DNA from: Acidobacteriota bacterium
Lineage (GTDB): Bacteria > Acidobacteriota > UBA6911 > RPQK01 > JAJDTT01
Direction of reading: 5' to 3'
DNA length: 64,000 nt
Assembly: GCA_965209055.1 (NCBI GenBank)
Contig: OZ242374.1
Location: forward strand, 800,001 to 864,000
In this document: positions 60,169-64,000 of the stretch, piece after piece
Position numbering within the stretch: the stretch's first letter is position 1
Layout of the letters: each line of letters begins with the position of its first letter
Translations under genes and position numbers: made by a program
The notes under the pieces: generated by a model
Told to the model about the DNA's origin: nothing
Databases searched by the model: none
Seen by the model: the letters and a program-made list of their open reading frames with translations, nothing else

Positions 60169-60645
60169 ATGAGCATCGAAGGCGCCGTCAACTATCGGAA
60201 AATCAGTGAGATGGTCGCGACCTCCGGATCGGTCTCCGAAGACCGCCTCCGGCGTCTCGGGGAAGAGGGATTTCATGCGGTGGTCAACCTGTTGCCCGAT
60301 TCATCGGAGGTGGCGGTTCCCGATGAACGTGAAATTGTCGAGGGTCAGGGATTGGAATACCATTACATTCCGGTAGACTTCGGGAACCCGACGGAAGCGG
60401 ACTTCAGCCTCTTCAGACGCGTCATGAAGAACGCCGGGGACAAGAAAATCCTGATCCATTGCGCGGCGAACTACCGGGTCAGCGCCTTTTATTCTCTCTA
60501 TGCCATGCGAGATCGGGACTGGTCCTGGGAGGACGCCCGCGCACATATCGCTTCGATCTGGGACACCGCCGATTATCCGGTCTGGAAACGGTTTATCAAC
60601 GAGTTGAAGTCTCAGTCGAGCCGGACTCTACCCTGCGGCGGATGA
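60169..60645 (+). CDS. Protein-tyrosine-phosphatase-like / DUF442 protein
   Basis: HCAANYR (CX5R), VVNL and YIPVDF; AGGAG RBS. Confidence 0.85.
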   Translation: MSIEGAVNYRKISEMVATSGSVSEDRLRRLGEEGFHAVVNLLPDSSEVAVPDEREIVEGQGLEYHYIPVDFGNPTEADFSLFRRVMKNAGDKKILIHCAANYRVSAFYSLYAMRDRDWSWEDARAHIASIWDTADYPVWKRFINELKSQSSRTLPCGG

Positions 60646-60655
60646 TGGCGGAATC

Positions 60656-63600
60656 GTGAGGAAACCGGTTCGGCGCTCACGCACGACGGCAGGCGTTTTC
60701 GCCAATCTCACGCTGCTCCTCCCGCTGATCCTGCCGGCTGCCCATCTTTCCGCCCAGACCACCGCCCGAGTCAGCGTCCACGGACCCAACCGGGGAAACG
60801 GTCCCAGCCAGTACGCCCAGATCAGCGCCTCCGGACGCTTCGTCGTCTACACCTCCACCGCCTCCAACCTGGTGGACGGAGATACCAACTGGGCGTCGGA
60901 CGTCTTCGTTCACGACCGTGAAACGGGGGAGACCGCCCGCGCCAGCGTGGACGACGCGGGAAACCAGGGCAACAGTCTGAGCCAGTTTCCCAGGATCAGC
61001 TCCGGCGGCCGCATCGTCGCCTTCGAGTCGCTCGCTTCCAACCTGGTGGACGGCGACACCAACGGCGCGCTGGACGTCTTCGTCCAGGACCGCAAGTCAG
61101 GCAGGACCACGCGAGTCAGCCTCGGCAGCGGAGGGGACCAGGGCAATAGCGCCAGCGGGGTGCCCTGCCTCAGTTCCGACGGCCGTGTCGTAGCTTTCGA
61201 GTCGCTCGCCTCCAACCTGGTGGACGGCGACACCAACGAATCCACCGACGTCTTCGTCCGTGACCGCCGGACCGGGGAGACGACCCGGGTCAGCGTCGAC
61301 AGCCGGGGACGACAGGCCAACGGCTCCAGTGCCGGCTCCAGCTTGGACGGCAGCGGCCGATACGTCGCCTTCGAGTCGCTGGCCACCGACTTGGTGCCTG
61401 GAGACACAAACCGGGTGTCGGACGTCTTCGTCCATGACCGCCGGACGGGGAAGACCACCCGGGTGAGCGTCGACAGCCGCGGACGGCAGGCCAACGGCGG
61501 CAGCTCGGCGCCGAGTCTCAGCGCCGACGGACGTTTCGTGGGTTTCGGCTCCTACGGATCCACACTGGTGGACGGCGACACCAACCAGGAGATCGACGTC
61601 TTCGTCCACGACCGCCAGACGGGGGAGACCACCCGGGTGAGCGTCGACAGCCTGGGAGGACAAGCCAACGGGAGCAGCGGAATCGCCGCCCTCAGCGCCG
61701 GCGGACGATGGGTCGCCTTCCACTCCTTCGCCTCCAACCTGGTGGACGGCGACACCAACGGAACGCTGGACGTCTTCGTCCACGACCGGCTGACGGGACG
61801 GACGACCCGGACCAGCCTGACCGAAAAGGGCCGGGAATCGAACGGTCCGAGCCGCGATCCCACCATCAGCGCCGATGGCCGCTTCGTCGCCTTCGAGTCC
61901 CATGCCTCCAATCTGGTGTCTCGGGACGACAACGGGAACGTCGACGTCTTCGTCCGGGATCGGGGCGGCGCCGATCCATCCGCTGCGCTTGGCAGGCCAC
62001 AGAAATTCGAGTTGGCGGGTCGGCTCCTGGGATGGCTGCGGCGAGGCTGGGACGGCCTCGTCTCCGAAACCCGCGTGAGAGCCGAAGCCTTCACCCGGGA
62101 GCGGTTTCGGATGCCCGCCGCCGCCCTGGCCCACGCCGAATCCGCTCCGGTCCAGTTCACCGACGTGACCGAAGCAGCGGGCATCCGCTTCCGGCATTAC
62201 AAGGGGGAGACGGGGAAGCGGTACCTGCCCGAGACCATTGGTTCGGGAGTGGCAGTCCTGGACTTCGATCAGGACGGGTGGATGGACCTCTTCTTCGTCA
62301 ACGGCTGGCGCCTGGAAGGCGGAAGACCCGAGGGGGTCGGATCCGTCCTCTACCGCAACCGGGGCGACGGCACGTTTGACGACGTGACCCGGGAGGCGGG
62401 GCTGGAAGTACACGCCTACGGCATGGGGGCGGCGGCCGGAGACTATGACAACGACGGCTTTCCGGACCTCTACGTGACGATTCTGGGCCTCAACCGGCTC
62501 TACCGGAACAACGGCGACGGGACCTTTTCCAACGTGAGCGTCGATGCCGGCGTCGGCAACCCCTCCTGGGGGGCGAGCGCGGCCTGGCTGGACGCCGACA
62601 ACGACGGCAAGCTCGATCTCTTCGTGACCAACTACGTCCGTTGGAGCCCCTCCCAGGACCAGTGGTGCGGTTACGGCCCCGGAGCCAAGCACTACTGCAC
62701 TCCCGAGATCTTCACCGGTGACACTTCGCGCCTCTTTCGCAACCGGGGCGGCGGACGATTCCGGGACGTCACCAGGGAGGCGGGACTGTTCAACCCCTCG
62801 GGCAAGGCCTTGGGAGTGGCCCTTTGGGATTTCGACGGGAACGGGTTGATGGATCTCGTGGTGGCCGAGGACACTCAGCCCGACAAGATCTACCTGAACC
62901 GGGGCGGCTTCCGCTTCGAGGAGGTGGGCACTCGCAACGGATTCGGCTTTTCCGAAGCGGGCCTGGCCCGGGCCGGCATGGGAGTCGATGTGGCCGACAC
63001 TGACAACGACGGTCGAGGAGCGGTGGCCGTCACCAATTTCTCCTACGAGGGGATTGGCTTCTACCGCTGGGACAGCGGCCTGAACTTCATCGATCAGGCC
63101 GCTCCGGCGGGCATCGGGCAACCCAGTCTATTGACCCTGGGCTTCGGACTCCTCTTTCTGGACTACGATCTGGACGGTTGGCAAGACCTGCTGGCGGTCA
63201 ACGGCCATATCGACGACCTGGTGGAGACGGTTCAGACCCGGCTGACCTACCGGCAACGGCCGCTCCTGTTTCGCAACCAGAGGGACGGCCGCTTCCTGCC
63301 CATGGGCGGGGAGGCGGGTCCCGCTCTGGAGCGAGCTTATGTCGGCCGCGGCGCCGCAGCCATCGACTACGACAACGACGGTGACCTGGATCTGGTCGTG
63401 ACGGAGAACGGAGGTCCGGGTCGCCTGTTTCGCAACCAGGGGGGAAACCGAAACCACTGGCTCCAGATCCGGCTCGTCGGCGGCAGCTCCAACCGGGACG
63501 GTATCGGCGCCCTGGTCACCGTGAAATCGGGTTCCACAACCCAACGGCGCTACCGCCGAAGCGGCTCCAGCTATCTCTCCGAGAGCGATCCGCGGCTGAC

Positions 63601-63733
63601 CTTCGGCCTGGGTGATGCGACCCGGGCGGACCGCCTGGAGGTCCGCTGGCCCAGCGGCGCCACCCAGGTCCTGAAGGACGTTGTGGCCGGACGCCTGATT
63701 GTCGTGCAAGAGCCCGTCGAAACCGATCCATAG
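60656..63733 (+). CDS. Secreted PD40/TolB-like repeat domain fused to a CRTAC1/ASPIC-UnbV FG-GAP domain
   Basis: About seven ASNLVDGDTN..DVFV.DR repeats; then FTDVTEAAGI, DYDNDG repeats, SNRDGIGA and FGLG...EVRWPSG. Confidence 0.88.
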   Translation: MRKPVRRSRTTAGVFANLTLLLPLILPAAHLSAQTTARVSVHGPNRGNGPSQYAQISASGRFVVYTSTASNLVDGDTNWASDVFVHDRETGETARASVDDAGNQGNSLSQFPRISSGGRIVAFESLASNLVDGDTNGALDVFVQDRKSGRTTRVSLGSGGDQGNSASGVPCLSSDGRVVAFESLASNLVDGDTNESTDVFVRDRRTGETTRVSVDSRGRQANGSSAGSSLDGSGRYVAFESLATDLVPGDTNRVSDVFVHDRRTGKTTRVSVDSRGRQANGGSSAPSLSADGRFVGFGSYGSTLVDGDTNQEIDVFVHDRQTGETTRVSVDSLGGQANGSSGIAALSAGGRWVAFHSFASNLVDGDTNGTLDVFVHDRLTGRTTRTSLTEKGRESNGPSRDPTISADGRFVAFESHASNLVSRDDNGNVDVFVRDRGGADPSAALGRPQKFELAGRLLGWLRRGWDGLVSETRVRAEAFTRERFRMPAAALAHAESAPVQFTDVTEAAGIRFRHYKGETGKRYLPETIGSGVAVLDFDQDGWMDLFFVNGWRLEGGRPEGVGSVLYRNRGDGTFDDVTREAGLEVHAYGMGAAAGDYDNDGFPDLYVTILGLNRLYRNNGDGTFSNVSVDAGVGNPSWGASAAWLDADNDGKLDLFVTNYVRWSPSQDQWCGYGPGAKHYCTPEIFTGDTSRLFRNRGGGRFRDVTREAGLFNPSGKALGVALWDFDGNGLMDLVVAEDTQPDKIYLNRGGFRFEEVGTRNGFGFSEAGLARAGMGVDVADTDNDGRGAVAVTNFSYEGIGFYRWDSGLNFIDQAAPAGIGQPSLLTLGFGLLFLDYDLDGWQDLLAVNGHIDDLVETVQTRLTYRQRPLLFRNQRDGRFLPMGGEAGPALERAYVGRGAAAIDYDNDGDLDLVVTENGGPGRLFRNQGGNRNHWLQIRLVGGSSNRDGIGALVTVKSGSTTQRRYRRSGSSYLSESDPRLTFGLGDATRADRLEVRWPSGATQVLKDVVAGRLIVVQEPVETDP

Positions 63734-63763
63734 CAGTCCGTGGCTCGTTGCCGACCTTTCCGT

Positions 63764-64000
63764 TCAGTTTGCCGACGACCGCACCAGACGCCAGAAGACA
63801 CCCTTCACGGCCCGGCTCTCCCACCCTGGATGCCGTGTGTTGTAGACGGTCAGGAAGTGGTCCGGCTCCAACTCTACCGTCGGGGCCGTAAAGGAGTGGC
63901 CCGGCGGATTGGGCACCAGCAGGAACCGGGTGGACTCGGCCATGGAGGGGGTCCCCGATTCCGTCTCGTTCAGCCAGGTCCGTCCCCCGTCCGGGCTGAC
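63764..64000 (-). CDS. C-terminal end of a BNR/sialidase-like protein that starts beyond the window
   Basis: Open frame from the window edge: VSPDGGRTW...TVELEPDHFLTVY...VFWRL..stop. Confidence 0.7.
   Translation of the reverse strand, partial: VSPDGGRTWLNETESGTPSMAESTRFLLVPNPPGHSFTAPTVELEPDHFLTVYNTRHPGWESRAVKGVFWRLVRSSAN

Noticed and set aside
60840-61960. ~165-bp DNA repeats as a repeat array or DGR-like template
   Set aside because: They are explained by the PD40-like protein repeats; no reverse transcriptase is present in the window.

Overview
GC-rich bacterial chromosome segment. It is most likely Acidobacteriota, inferred from a GWxTD protein, an Oar-type TonB-dependent receptor and a CRTAC1/ASPIC protein. 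The backbone is mainly glycan/solute catabolism: four paralogous beta-propeller hydrolase-like proteins, BNR sialidase-like proteins, a sulfatase, an esterase, a GH38-like protein, two SSS symporters and SDRs. It also carries toxin-antitoxin loci and many REP-like palindromes. Two tyrosine-integrase elements interrupt it. (1) A 16.4-kb defence island (1798-18193) has a P4-like integrase and a Dcm-MORC-Z1-PD(D/E)XK-AIPR operon plus Vsr; an intact IS5 splits the AIPR gene. (2) A 3.5-kb minimal element (35565-39107) has a divergent integrase. Both elements sit in the loop of the same family of REP-like G-rich/C-rich hairpins rather than in tRNA genes, yet both keep tRNA-like relics at one end. 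Both also carry a ~200-250 nt non-coding motif (4 copies) with compensatory base changes and a pseudoknot or switch helix. This combination of REP targeting and a shared structured motif is the best candidate for an undescribed system. All product calls come from motif recognition by eye; no database searches were run.
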